The notes: generated by a model from the letters alone, not told the origin. A DNA stretch of 64,000 bases from Octopus bimaculoides (GCF_001194135.2 NC_069001.1:35207875-35271874); one strand, 5' to 3'. Counted from the first letter of the stretch, positions 12,402 through 25,735 are shown. Made by a program: numbers and translations.

Positions 12402-12904
12402 NNNNNNNNNNNNNNNNNNNNNNNNNNNNNNNNNNNNNNNNNNNNNNNNNNNNNNNNNNNNNNNNNNNNNNNNNNNNNNNNNNNNNNNNNNNNNNNNNNN
12501 NNNNNNNNNNNNNNNNNNNNNNNNNNNNNNNNNNNNNNNNNNNNNNNNNNNNNNNNNNNNNNNNNNNNNNNNNNNNNNNNNNNNNNNNNNNNNNNNNNNN
12601 NNNNNNNNNNNNNNNNNNNNNNNNNNNNNNNNNNNNNNNNNNNNNNNNNNNNNNNNNNNNNNNNNNNNNNNNNNNNNNNNNNNNNNNNNNNNNNNNNNNN
12701 NNNNNNNNNNNNNNNNNNNNNNNNNNNNNNNNNNNNNNNNNNNNNNNNNNNNNNNNNNNNNNNNNNNNNNNNNNNNNNNNNNNNNNNNNNNNNNNNNNNN
12801 NNNNNNNNNNNNNNNNNNNCAGCTAATTACATGCAAAACTGTCGCCATCAAATTGAGACATGCATTATGTGCATTCATCCATACATACGCACATGCATGC
12901 ATAC

Positions 12905-13262
12905 ATAGACATGTTGTTGGCACTCCATCGCTTATGACGTCGAGGGTTCCGGTTGATCCGATCAACGGAACAGCCTGCTCGTGAAATTAACGTGCAAGTG
13001 GCTGAGCACTCCACAGACACGTGTACCCTTAATGTAGTTCTCGGGGATATTCAGCGTGACACAGTGTGACAAGGCTGACCCTTTGAATTACAGGCACGAC
13101 AGAAATAGGAAGTAAGATTACTTCCTTTTACCAGCTGAGTGGACTGGAATGATGTAAAAGGAGGTGTTTTGCTCAAGAACACATATCCGCATTGCCTGGT
13201 CCAGGAATCGAAACCTCAACCTTATGATCATGAGTCCATTACTGCGTCCACTAAGCCACAAT
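12905..13262. mobile_element. Family E SINE body (+) abutting SINE D head (-)
   Basis: GAGGGTTCCGGTTGATCCGATCAACGGAACAGCCTGCTCGTG body, then a reverse-complemented tRNA-like head (GGAATCGAAACC). Confidence 0.75.
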
Positions 13263-13324
13263 ATAATGATATTCCGTGTGTAGGAAAACGAGACTGTAGT
13301 ACTGTAACTACAGTACTCTGGCAC

Positions 13325-13513
13325 AACTATTCTTTTGGCTGCGGCCATGCTGGAGCACCACCTTTAGTCGAGCAAATCGACCCCAGGACTTATTCTTTGT
13401 AAGCCTAGTACTTATTCTATCGATCTCTCTTGCCAAACTGCCAAGTGATGGGGACGTAAACACACCAGCATTGGGTGTCAAGCGATGGTGATGGGGACAA
13501 TCACAGACACACA

Positions 13514-13558
<45 letters not shown>

Positions 13559-13652
13559 TATCATCATCATCATCATCGTTTAACGTCCGCTTTCTAAGCT
13601 AGCATGGGGACGTTAAACGATGATGATGAGGACGATGATAATGGTGATGATG

Positions 13653-13695
<43 letters not shown>

Positions 13696-13850
13696 GCATC
13701 TTTTAGTTTCCGTCTACCAAATCCACTCACAAGGCTTTGGTCGGCCTGAGGCTATAGCAGAAGGCACTTGCCCAAGGTGCCATGGCGTGGGACTGAACCT
13801 AGAACCATGTGGTTGGTAAACAAGCTACTTACCACACAGCAATTCCTGCA
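13325..13850 (-). mobile_element. SINE family A, full length, with a central microsatellite and RTE-tail insert
   Basis: Tail at 13325-13510 and head at 13690-13850. Confidence 0.9.
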
Positions 13851-14736
13851 CCCATGACAATATTCTGCCACAATAGTTTGTGCTGACAAGAATCCTGCTC
13901 TTTTGTTTCCCTCCATTCATACGTAGTATTTTGTGCAGAGACTTCAGACACCTATGGACTTTAGCATTAATGGTCAAGTATATTACCCATTGACCATTTT
14001 CACCTTTACATAGGATGTCCTTTTACAGAGTTAAATATTAAACACACATACTTGCAAAACTGCAAGTCCTTACGGTATATGATAACATCGAAGCAAGCTC
14101 ATATTCCCTGTGTGGTTAAAAAGACTAGTTTTAACTACAGCAGCAGCAACAGCAGCAGTAGCAGCAGCAGCACGGCGTGACTATGTCAACACTCTCTGCT
14201 ACTCTGACACGATCATCCGTGCTGACCAAATCAGGAATATCCTGTCTGTCATTGTTCATATCTGTCAGTTCAATATGACACCGAGAGATTTACTCGGTGT
14301 GTTATTGCAAGAAAAGAAAATATTTACTTTCCAGAGGAATATCGAAATAAACTATGGATTATGCGGCGCTCATAAAAGATTCACCATAGAAAAACCATTT
14401 CCCTTATAATCCCATATGATAGCTACATATTTATTCCTCGGTTCATCTCCATAGAAAATATTCGTTATGAATGATGAGGTATTGATGCAAGAATTGTCAC
14501 AGTGATGATTAATTAAATGACAAGGAAAAGCTTTTGTTCAAATCAGTAGCTTCTAGTAACCAGTCAGTATAAAAGGACGTTTTTGCTTTTCTTTTCTATT
14601 CTTTGCCAATATTTGATTCAGTTGATCTATTTATTATCCTGTTCAGATGCTTGTACGCTAGGTTTAAGATGATGATAACTTATTTGTTATATAATAGATT
14701 GCAGTCATCTGATTCAACAGGAAATTTGATAAATGA

Positions 14737-14905
14737 AGGCACAGGAGTGGCTGTGTGGTTAAGAAACTTGTGTCCCCCATCACATGTTCTTGGGTTCAAT
14801 CCCACAGCACAGTATTTTCAACAAGTGTCTTCTTCTGTTGCTCCAGGCCAGCTAAAGCCTTGCGAGTAGACTTGGTGGACAGAAAGTGGAAAAAAAGCTG
14901 GTCAC
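14737..14905 (+). mobile_element. SINE family A 5' half
   Basis: GGCACAGGAGTGGCTGTGTGGTTAAG head. Confidence 0.8.
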
Positions 14906-14929
14906 ATGCATATAAAAATGTGTATGCCT

Positions 14930-15119
14930 TTGTATAAATGTGTGTATGCATGTGTGAATGTGTATTTGTGTGTGTGTGTTTTTGTGTGTGTGTATAGGTG
15001 TATGGTATATATAGGTATATATATTTCTATATATATATATATATTTATATGTATATAAGTATATATATGTATATATTTATATATATGTATATATATATGT
15101 ACTTACACATATATGTACT

Positions 15120-15160
<41 letters not shown>

Positions 15161-15281
15161 TTATATATATATGTATATATATGTACTCACACATATTTGT
15201 ACTTATATGTGTGTGTATATATATATGTGTGTGTGTGTGTATACATGTATGTATTAGTGAATATGTACATGTATCCTTATA

Positions 15282-15323
<42 letters not shown>

Positions 15324-15354
15324 TATATGTATATATATATTATATGTATATATG

Positions 15355-15421
<67 letters not shown>

Positions 15422-15425
15422 TAGA
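14930..15425. repeat. (TA)n/(TATG)n/(TG)n compound microsatellite
   Basis: Read directly. Similar tracts lie at about 720-985, 3000-3600, 10810-11010, 18830-19550, 20830-21085, 22340-22620, 26390-26700, 28050-28670, 36800-37320, 39490-40060, 41310-41640, 45080-45740, 51200-51500, 54260-55340, 55700-55995 and 57720-58270. Confidence 0.97.
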
Positions 15426-16334
15426 TACTTTTTCTCTTGCTCCTACTCAGTATTTTTCTTTCAACAATTTCTCTTAATCTTTCTCTCCTCTCTTGCTTTT
15501 CCTCCCCCCCCCACTCTCTCTCTCTCTCTCTCTCAATATCCTCCTGTAAAATGAACGTACCTAACTTTCCATTGGATTATTTTCCTAATCATTAATTGCA
15601 ATGTCTAATATTTAGTCTGCCAGTAAATTTCCTGCGATTCCATCATCGCTACAGGGCAGTGTCTTTTAGAAATGGTAACAATTGTATTTACATCAATAAC
15701 TATTTCATTATTTACCTTGTTAGTGTTGTAATTGTTAGTAGAGGCGGTGGCGGTGGTGGTGGTGGTGGTGGAGGGATTTTTAAAATATTTATTTCTTTAT
15801 TTTTTTTTATTACAAACAAAATTATTCCTCATCAAAAAACAAGGAATCTAATTCCAGCCCCAAACCATTATGTCAGAATCTGTTGGGTTCTGCCTTTAGG
15901 GCAGTACGAAATATTTCCCTTGTCAAATCCTTCAATAAATAACAATATAAAAACAAATAAACTGTAAATAATAATAGTAATAATGATAATAACTAATAAT
16001 AATAAAAATGTTTAAAATGATAATAATAATATTAACTTCAATAATAATAATAACAACAACAGCAACATATTTAAAAAAAGCAAGCTAAAATGCAAACAAA
16101 TCCAAAAATTTTACACAAATGACATAAGGTTGGTTCTCCCATCCCATCCCATCCACCAACCTGTTGCTAATCATAATTAAGATCATTTTTGAATCGAAAA
16201 TGCTAGTGAAAAATAATGGCATTTTTGTTTTACTTCTGTCAAAAAAAAAGGAATATAATCTAAAATTGTTGGAAATTTTGTTCTTGCTCTATTACTATGG
16301 TAAAAGAAATCATCATTATTATTATTATTATCAT

Positions 16335-16480
16335 TAAGGTGGTGAGCTGGCAAAATTGTTAGCACACCAGGCGAAACGCTTAGCGATATTTCATCTGCCA
16401 CTACATTTTGAGTTCAAATTCCAGCAAGGTCAACTTTGCCTTTCATCTTTTCAGGGTCGATTAAATTAGTACCAGTCATG
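16335..16480 (+). mobile_element. SINE family B, 3'-truncated
   Basis: GGTGGTGAGCTGGCAAAA head and the conserved core. Confidence 0.88.
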
Positions 16481-16524
16481 CACATATATATGTATAGTTA
16501 TAATAGTAATAATAATAGTAGTAG

Positions 16525-16793
16525 TCATTATCATCATCATCATCGTTTAACGTCCGCTTTCCATGCTAGCATGGGTTGGACGATTTGACTGAGGACTGGT
16601 GAACCAGGTGGCTACACCAGGCTCCAATCTGATTTGGCAGAGTTTCTACAGCTGGATGCCCTTCCTAACGTCAACCACTCTGAGAGTGTAGTGGGTGCTT
16701 TTACGTGCCACCGGCACAAAGGCCAGTCAGGCGGTACTGGCAACGGCCACGCTCAAAATGGTGTATTTTACGTGCCACCTGCACAGGAGCCAC

Positions 16794-16795
<2 letters not shown>
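16525..16795 (-). mobile_element. RTE-type LINE 3' tail fragment in a (TAA)n tract
   Basis: Well-preserved CATCGTTTAACGTCCGCTTTCCATGCTAGCATGGG...GGATGCCCTTCCTAACG. Confidence 0.9.
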
Positions 16796-16836
<41 letters not shown>

Positions 16837-17612
16837 TCATAATAATAATAATCCCTGGATTTATCCTATATTGTATCGGCACAGCTCAGTACAACCCCAG
16901 AAACTGTTGTTGCTAGTTGGTATCATTAATCTGTAGCCAGCATAAAAAAACAAGAGTTTGTATATGCATATTTAAAAACATTTCCTGTAAATGAACAGAA
17001 AGGATATACGAATATGTGTGTGTGTGTGTGTGTGAGTGCACTGTTGTCATGTTCTCTGCTGATTAGGATGTGGTTGGACAGCCACTTCTTCTTGCAGTGC
17101 TCACAGAACCCATAGTTATCAGCTTTGCATGACAATTTTTTTATTGTCTTTGGACGTAGTGTTGTATGCTTACCTTTCCATGCACATCACCAGCTCTGAA
17201 CCCCCCAAAATGGAATTCCATACTTCATAGTGTACTGCTATCTTAGCTCACTCCTGAACAGTCAAGTGACTGGCCATCAGGAAAATAAGAAATGAGACAA
17301 TAAGAAATCTTCATTGGTGTTGTCTGTTTAAAATAAGAAATAAGAGTATAAAAAAATAAGAAATCTCCATTAGTGTTGTCTGTTTAAAAAATTATTTCAT
17401 CATGACTTCAGTAATACTAAAGATTCTATAAGCAATTTCTAATACCTAGTTACTTTCCACCCACCCGGTATATAAGAGCATTGTAGTTTACTGGAAGCAT
17501 TGTAGTTCAGAAGATGAAAAAGGAAAGGAAAAATATAGAAAGCTTCTAACAAAGTCGAAAGTATTACAAAACCATTTACATTTTGGGCAGAAAAGTTTAT
17601 CTGCACAAAGAA

Positions 17613-17694
17613 GCAGTCCAAGAAATGTTTGGTTACATCGATTTTGTTATTTTGTTTCAACAAAATCAATGTAACTAGACATTTCTTGGACTGC
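17613..17694 (+). ncRNA. Candidate pre-miRNA-like hairpin
   Basis: 36-bp stem (33 Watson-Crick, 2 G:U, 1 C/A) with a 10-nt loop, paired by hand. Confidence 0.3.
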
Positions 17695-18276
17695 CCGCTT
17701 CTGAAGGTAGGCCTTTGCATCCAAAATATTGAGGTCTCTTTGTAAAACTTTCTGCATTGTTAGAAATTTTCTTTATTTCCTTCTTCTTTTTCCACACCCA
17801 CACACACCATCTATCTATCTATCTATCTCTCTATCTATCTACACCTAGTTTAGAATAGAGGCAGCTGATGAAGAATTAATCCAAGTGGCTATTTTTTTTC
17901 CTATGTGTTCGTTCTGTTGTCTGTAGTTCATTTTTCTAACGTCCTGTAACCGAATATGCATCTATATATGTAGATGTATGTATGTACATATATGTGTGTA
18001 TACATGCTTATATATCCTTTGTTTTATTATTATTATATATAAAGCAGTCTGTGTATCATACTTGAAGCAGATACATCATTGAAAGCCATTTAAACTGTGG
18101 TGTTTGTCGCAAGAAAGTATTTGTACCGGATATATAGTGCTAAAAACACAGAAGAGTATCAATAGCAGATGAAAAACGTGTGTTTGTGTGTGTATGTATG
18201 TGTGTGTGTGTGTGTCTGTGTGTACACTTGTCTTGCCATCACATGATGGTTGTAAGCACTCATCACCATCATACCA

Positions 18277-18314
<38 letters not shown>

Positions 18315-19014
18315 ACATATATAAATTCGTATGAAGTAACATGAAATAGTATTATGACCATCATCATCATCATCACCATCATCATCACCATCATCATCAT
18401 CATTATCGTCATCATCATCGTCTATATATGTGGATATACATATACGTTCTCCTGCCTTTTTGTTTTGTTTTATTGTTTTTCTCTTTTCACTTTCTTTTTA
18501 CTTTTTTTTCTTTATTTGATGGTTTTTACGCAAAAATAAAATATTTCCTTTTGAATACAAATATTCACCTAACTGACATTTATGATTATCTCCTTCACAT
18601 AAAATCTCGTTTTATATGCAAATTAGTGGAATCACTAACGGGGAAAAAGAAACGACTAATGTGTCACATCTTTCACATGAACTTAAAACTTCTTTCATCT
18701 TCTTCTAAACAACGAAAATAAAAATAAAATAAAAACGATAACAAAATTAAATGAAAAAAACTTTTATATCGATTTACTACTATACATTAGATTATCATAT
18801 ATTTTTTTTTTTTTGAAAGAAATGGTCTTTATATATATTTCTCTCTCTCTATACATTTCTCTCTTTGGATATGTAAATATATACGTCTATATATATATGT
18901 GCGTGTGATTATGCATATCGGTATGTAGATATGTCTGTGTGTGTAATATATACATATATATGTGTGTGTGTGTACATACAAATATATATAAATACATATA
19001 TGTGTAATATATAC

Positions 19015-19065
<51 letters not shown>

Positions 19066-19428
19066 TGTGTGTATGTACATATATACATGTATATATTTTG
19101 TGTATATATATATACATATATATATATATATGTATATAGATATATATATATGTGTATATATATGTTTATATATATATATGTATATGTGTATGTATATATA
19201 TATATATGTATATACACACACATACACACATATATATATGTATGTACATATATATATATGTATAATATATATATATATATGTGTGTGTGTGTGTATATTT
19301 CTTTATAGTTTCTCTTCATTTCTATGCTGTTTTTTACTTAAACTTCCGAATTATTCAGCTTTGAGTAATTGTCTTCCTAGGTTGGTATCTGAGTATAATA
19401 AGAAGAGATTCATAACTTTAGGTTTACT

Positions 19429-19466
<38 letters not shown>

Positions 19467-19494
19467 CATATATATATATATCTGTATGTATGTA

Positions 19495-19544
<50 letters not shown>

Positions 19545-21035
19545 AGCATGTGTATGTGTGGTGGGAGATTGGTGTGTTCATGTAATGTTCTGGAGGATGC
19601 ATTAAATGAAAAAAAAAAGCAGTTAAATGCAAAAATGTTTTGTTATATGCATGTCGCATGTACTTAATACTGCTACCAATAGTGAATGACAAAATATATT
19701 GTGAAGTTTGTTGTATAATACACACATAGATACACATATATATATGTATGTATACATATATATTGCCATTTGTTTACATGTATATATATGTGTGTGTGTG
19801 TGTATGCATATTATATCGAAAAAATAACAGTTCACCGAGTGTGTCCCATGACAAATTTTATTTCACTTTCAAATATTAACGATTACTACTACTACTGCTG
19901 CTGCTGCTGCTACCACCACTACTACCACCACTGCCATATTTCTCCTCCTATGACTATTACGACAATCAACTTAGTTTTTATCGATAATAATGGTTTCAAA
20001 TTTGAGCGCAAAGCCAGCAAGCTCAGGAGAGGATGTAAGTTGATTATGTTGACCCCCAGTGTTCAACTGGTATGGATTCAATTGACCCTGAAAGGATGAA
20101 AAGCAAAGTTGATTTCTGATATTAACACACACACAGAAAGGGAATATTGTGGTTTCAATTCATGGACTGGGTGATGGATTATTTTCATGAGTAAGACACT
20201 TCATATCACCTTGTTCCAGTCCACTCATTTGGTAAAAGCTTCAAAGTCAATACTAATACTATACTTGTTAAAGAATAATAAATATGTACTCTACCAAATG
20301 GATTGAGTAATCCTGCAGTTTAATATAAGATTGTTTTTATTTTAACATAAAAACACAAACATATAAATATATATGTAGATAGACCTATGAAGATAATTTT
20401 TATCTCGGTGTACCACCAGTAACAAAGCATACATGTAAGACATTTTCTCTTGGGCACCAATATTGTAATAAATCTACCGGGGATCAGCAGTAGGGACCAG
20501 ATTTTCCATAGCTGTGTTTGCAAACCTATGCGTCATCAAGAAACTTAAGCTTTATTGCAGCAAAAAGTTACAAAATTAAACAAAAATTCTCTTATTTAGA
20601 ATTCCCACTTCCTGTTTTACAAGGTTCATAACACTCTGTTAACAAAATAATTACTTTTTTTCGGTGGTGGGTAGTTAACGAATAATTTAGCAAAGATTGT
20701 TCTGCTTTTGGGTAAGGTGGTTTTAATTACTGGGAAGTCCTCAAATCAAATGATTATTAAAGACTTATCCCTCCAGGCTGCCTGGTAACGTTAATAAGGC
20801 ACATTGAGGGCTTGCCTTTACTGTTTGTGTGATTGTGTATTCAGTATATATATTTATATATATTTGTTCATATGTGTATATATGTATAAGTATGTATATA
20901 TATGTGTGTGTGTGTACATGTAAATATTTGTGTGTATACATTCACACATACACATATATATATGTGTATATATGTATGTGTGTGTATGTATGTATGTATA
21001 TATATATATATATATATATGTGTGTNNNNNNNNNN

Positions 21036-21088
<53 letters not shown>

Positions 21089-21413
21089 GTCTGTGTGTGT
21101 ACATTGTTGTTATGATATGGCAAAACATTTTACTTATTGCATATCGTTCCCTATCCCAGTAGCCATCAAATAATAAATGTCTCACCATTTCCCAGTCAAA
21201 GCTGAAAAATAAAATCATTCTATGACTCAAAACGAATGAAACATTTGCCAAGTTATTTTCTTTTTTTAAATTTGTTGTTGTTTTGTTGTTTTCTCATTTC
21301 ATTTCCATCTCTTCGCTAAGTTTGTTACTACTTAAAATTTAATCACCTCTCAGAGATAGAATATTTAATTTTCACTTCACAAAAATCTACAAAATTTTTT
21401 TCCTTTTTCACAG

Positions 21414-21488
21414 GGTGAAAAGGAAAGTGAGATAACTTCACTGAACAATGATGAACGACTTTCGTCATACATGTTTTGGACGGGATGG
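21414..21488 (+). CDS. Candidate coding exon 3 (phase 0 to 0): GEKESEITSLNNDERLSSYMFWTGW
   Basis: ttttttcctttttcacAG acceptor and TGG|GTAAAC donor; 75 nt; only phase 0 is open. Confidence 0.4.
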
Positions 21489-22347
21489 GTAAACTGTCAA
21501 GAAAAGTTCTGCACAAGATACGCCAGCCGTAATTAAGTCAGGAACTTCATTTCACCTCAATAATATTTTTCAGGCATAGCGACACATCATTTCAGTTCGT
21601 GTATTAACAGCGTGGCAGAATGTATTCGATGGCTGAGAATTTTGTGAGGCACTTGGTGAATCATCTCCTGAAACTACACACGTGAACAAATACACATAAA
21701 CAATGAAATCCAAAGTAACACCTCAGGGGAACTCTACGAGAGACGGGTCTCTTAAACCACTGTGGCACTGAGATGTTTAATGAGAAATCTTATTTCAACT
21801 TGCCCTAACTTTCATTTCATAACATGAAAGTCGAACCAGTTTTAAATACACAAAGTCTAAACCGATAGATTTGTTCATTTTGCGCAACGATTGCTGTCAT
21901 GTCGCATATATGTGTGCCTGCATGCATCTGTGTGTATGTGTGTGTGCATGCATGTGTGCGTGCGTGTGTGTGTTGGGGAAGCAGTTATGGATGGAGATAA
22001 AGAAGCGGGGGACGATGAGAGTTAATATGAAGTTGGGTGCCAGAGGCAGAAGAGGTGATCAGACGTAAATATATATCTGTGTCTATGTGAGCGTGTTTGT
22101 TCATTTGTGTTTGGGAGTGGGGAGGGGTTCTGGCATTAAATGACAACTTAATTTGTCTTATTTTTACTTCACTTTTTGTTTTTCTTTTTTTTACTTTTGC
22201 TTTCGTTCATTTGTTTATTCATTTATTTTGCCTTTTCTCCATATTTCTATAACCACTTGTCAAAGTGTTATACAGATGTATTTTATATGTAATATTCTGT
22301 TTGTCTCTCTGTCTATTTACCTATCAGCCTCTATGTCCATCTATCTA

Positions 22348-22383
<36 letters not shown>

Positions 22384-22546
22384 TGTATATACATGTATGT
22401 ATATATATATAGATGTATATACATGTATGTATATATATATAGATGTATATACATGTATATGTGTGTATATATAGGTGTGTATGTGTGTGTATGAGTGTAT
22501 GTGTATATGTATTTATATATTTAGTTGCATATTCACATATTTGTGG

Positions 22547-22581
<35 letters not shown>

Positions 22582-22972
22582 TAGAGAGAGAGAGAGATAG
22601 GTAGGTAGGTAGATAGATATAATATTAAATACTTTTCTCTTTTCAATAAATATATTTGTATCATTTTGTCAAAAGAAACAGGTCTTAATCCCTTTCCACA
22701 CCACCATCACCACCACCCCTCCACCACTTCTCTCTCTTCTTACCTTAGCCTCTACCTTTCAGTACACCTCACCTATACACCAAGCTGCACAACGTAATGC
22801 AACAGTCTGGCTACATATTTTTAACGAGTTATTCACATTCATTCCAGGAGAAATCATTCTGCCAGCATTCAGCATTTTTTTGATTGGCGTGTCACATAAT
22901 TCAATCGCTGCTACGTGCATGTTTATGCCCATCTCAGTCTGCACCTTTACACACACACACACACACGTGCAC

Positions 22973-23016
<44 letters not shown>

Positions 23017-24382
23017 NNNNNNNNNNNNNNNNNNNNNNNNNNNNNNNNNNNNNNNNNNNNNNNNNNNNNNNNNNNNNNNNNNNNNNNNNNNNNNNNNNNN
23101 NNNNNNNNNNNNNNNNNNNNNNNNNNNNNNNNNNNNNNNNNNNNNNNNNNNNNNNNNNNNNNNNNNNNNNNNNNNNNNNNNNNNNNNNNNNNNNNNNNNN
23201 NNNNNNNNNNNNNNNNNNNNNNNNNNNNNNNNNNNNNNNNNNNNNNNNNNNNNNNNNNNNNNNNNNNNNNNNNNNNNNNNNNNNNNNNNNNNNNNNNNNN
23301 NNNNNNNNNNNNNNNNNNNNNNNNNNNNNNNNNNNNNNNNNNNNNNNNNNNNNNNNNNNNNNNNNNNNNNNNNNNNNNNNNNNNNNNNNNNNNNNNNNNN
23401 NNNNNNNNNNNNNNNNNNNNNNNNNNNNNNNNNNNNNNNNNNNNNNNNNNNNNNNNNNNNNNNNNNNNNNNNNNNNNNNNNNNNNNNNNNNNNNNNNNNN
23501 NNNNNNNNNNNNNNNNNNNNNNNNNNNNNNNNNNNNNNNNNNNNNNNNNNNNNNNNNNNNNNNNNNNNNNNNNNNNNNNNNNNNNNNNNNNNNNNNNNNN
23601 NNNNNNNNNNNNNNNNNNNNNNNNNNNNNNNNNNNNNNNNNNNNNNNNNNNNNNNNNNNNNNNNNNNNNNNNNNNNNNNNNNNNNNNNNNNNNNNNNNNN
23701 NNNNNNNNNNNNNNNNNNNNNNNNNNNNNNNNNNNNNNNNNNNNNNNNNNNNNNNNNNNNNNNNNNNNNNNNNNNNNNNNNNNNNNNNNNNNNNNNNNNN
23801 NNNNNNNNNNNNNNNNNNNNNNNNNNNNNAAGACAAAGCAAAAAATTCTGACCAAAAATTACTTCCTAAAAAAGCTCGAAACTAATGGCTCTTTTTTCAA
23901 AGTTATGATGAGGTCTCACTTGAGAAAATTGTTCAAGGAATGGATTGTTTGCTTTCTTATTAGTCATTTTATAAAAATACGCATCAAAAGCATTCGTGTT
24001 TGGCTAATTTTTTTCTTTTTATTCCTTGTAATTCAAAGAAGATAAAAACAAATGACAAAATTTTTGATAAAACCAGAAAAAAAAAAAAACAGTGAAGTAG
24101 TTTTGAATGGAAAAAGGTTTTAAAAATTGAAGAAAATTTTTAAAAATATGAATGAATCCCATCTATAATGGAATATTTTCGCTGAGGGAGGGAAAAGAAA
24201 ATATTATAGCCAATTTTTTAAAATAAGATTTAGTAGATTCTTCTTATGTGTGTCTTAAATATTTTTCTAAAATATTCATCTTTTACTATTCATGAAAATT
24301 TTCCTTATGGACAGTCAAATGAAAATTTTATAAAATGATAATAATAATGATAACAATAATAATAATATTATTATTATATTTT

Positions 24383-25145
24383 TGACTTTTGCTTTGTACT
24401 TGTACAAGTTGAATCCAAGTCTCACCCAAAGACCTCAGGAGACAAGTTAGAAGTTCATGTAGGTGTTATGCCTAGGGTGCCATATATTTGGTTTTGTACA
24501 TAGTATTGTTCTAGAGAATGTTTAAGAAAACAAGTAAATTATGTTTGTTTTAAAATTTGAGATCACATAGACAGTATTTTACGTAGGATATAGGCAGTTC
24601 CCATGAGCACTATCTTTTGAATTTGTGCCGTTTTGGGGTTTCCTGGTATCTGAGCTAGGTAGCAATCAGCCCCTTTTGCTATCATTCCTAGGGTACCTAT
24701 GACAACAGGTATTGTTTTAGTCTTGAGATTCCACATATTGCTNNNNNNNNNNCCTATGACAACAGGTATTGTTTTAGTCTTGAGATTCCACATATTGCTA
24801 ATTTCTGTTTCAAGATCTTTATACTTGCTCAGTTTTTGGTAGGTCTTGACAGATACATTTATATCAATTGGGATAGTTATATCAATGAGGAGACATCATT
24901 CTTGTCTGAAGTCTTTCAATATGATGTCTGGCCTATTCACATCTATCTTTCTGTAAGTTTGAATGGTGAAGTTCCAGAGGAGTGTGATTTGATCATTTTC
25001 AAGCACTGGAGGTGACTCCATAGTGACTCAGTTCTGTTTGTTACAGCGTGACATAGAATGACCTCTAAACACAGCAGCAACCCACCTACAAAGAGCAAAT
25101 ATTTGACACATCGTCACTTGATCTTCATTACTGATCCAGCCTTTA
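24383..25145 (-). mobile_element. R4/Dong-clade non-LTR retrotransposon, 5'-truncated, with restriction-like endonuclease domain
   Basis: The minus strand reads LENDQITLLWNFTIQTYRKIDVNRPDIILKDFRQE*CLLIDITIPIDINVSVKTYQKLSKYKDLETEISNMWNLKTKTIPVVIGTLGMI...IQKIVLMGTAYILRKILSM*. This is the RPD/PD-(D/E)xK REL signature. The 3' end abuts (TAA)n. Confidence 0.9.
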
Positions 25146-25499
25146 GCATGTGGCTTTGGCCAAACCCAGTTACATATACTTTCCCTCCCATTTATCTAAG
25201 GAGACACAAGCACCCTCACACATGATGGAGTTTCTCTCTACCAAATTCACTCAAGGCTATAGGAGAAGGTACTTGTCTAAGGCCTCACCCTGTGGGATCC
25301 CCAAACCATGTGGTCCTTGTGATTCATATATACCTCCATATCCCCTTTTGTCTCTGGTTCCCTTATAAAACTTTCTTTGTCCATTACTCCCAGGGAGTGG
25401 CACCATCCACTTTGTGGAGCGATACTTTTACATAAAACTATATATATGAATATGCATATACGCATATGTATACATACTTTAAAAACATATATATATCAT

Positions 25500-25670
25500 C
25501 ATCATCCATTTTCCATGCTGGCATGGGTTGAATGGTTTGACAGGAGCTGACCAGCTGAAGGGCTGTCCAGGCTGCAGGTCTATTTTGGCATGGTTTCTAC
25601 AGCTAGATGTCCTTCCTAACACAAACCATTCAACAGAGTGTACTGGCTACTTTTAAATAGCAGCAGCATG
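25500..25670 (-). mobile_element. RTE-type LINE 3' tail fragment
   Basis: CCATGCTGGCATGGGTTG...CTACAGCTAGATGTCCTTCCTAAC. Confidence 0.8.
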
Positions 25671-25678
25671 GGCACTTT

Positions 25679-25735
<57 letters not shown>

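Noticed and set aside
14270-14311. Short hairpin ACACCGAG/CTCGGTGT
   Set aside because: The stem does not extend beyond about 17 bp; it is noted only as part of the CpG-rich block.
15655-15680. GGCAGTGTCTT, resembling miR-34
   Set aside because: The match stops after 11 nt and there is no hairpin partner.
17275-17395. Small two-copy tandem duplications (also about 2870, 7050, 11985, 32330, 33045, 58505)
   Set aside because: Ordinary local slippage duplications with no further structure.
17621-17642. AGAAATGTTTGG, resembling miR-190
   Set aside because: Seed mismatch and a divergent 3' half; it cannot be assigned to miR-190.
17860-17960. CTGATGAAG motif as a second hammerhead
   Set aside because: No stem II, GAAA or stem I partner at usable spacing; at most a Penelope-related repeat remnant.
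24693-24800. Apparent direct repeat inside the R4/Dong fragment
   Set aside because: Identical sequence on both sides of a 10-N gap indicates an unmerged contig overlap.
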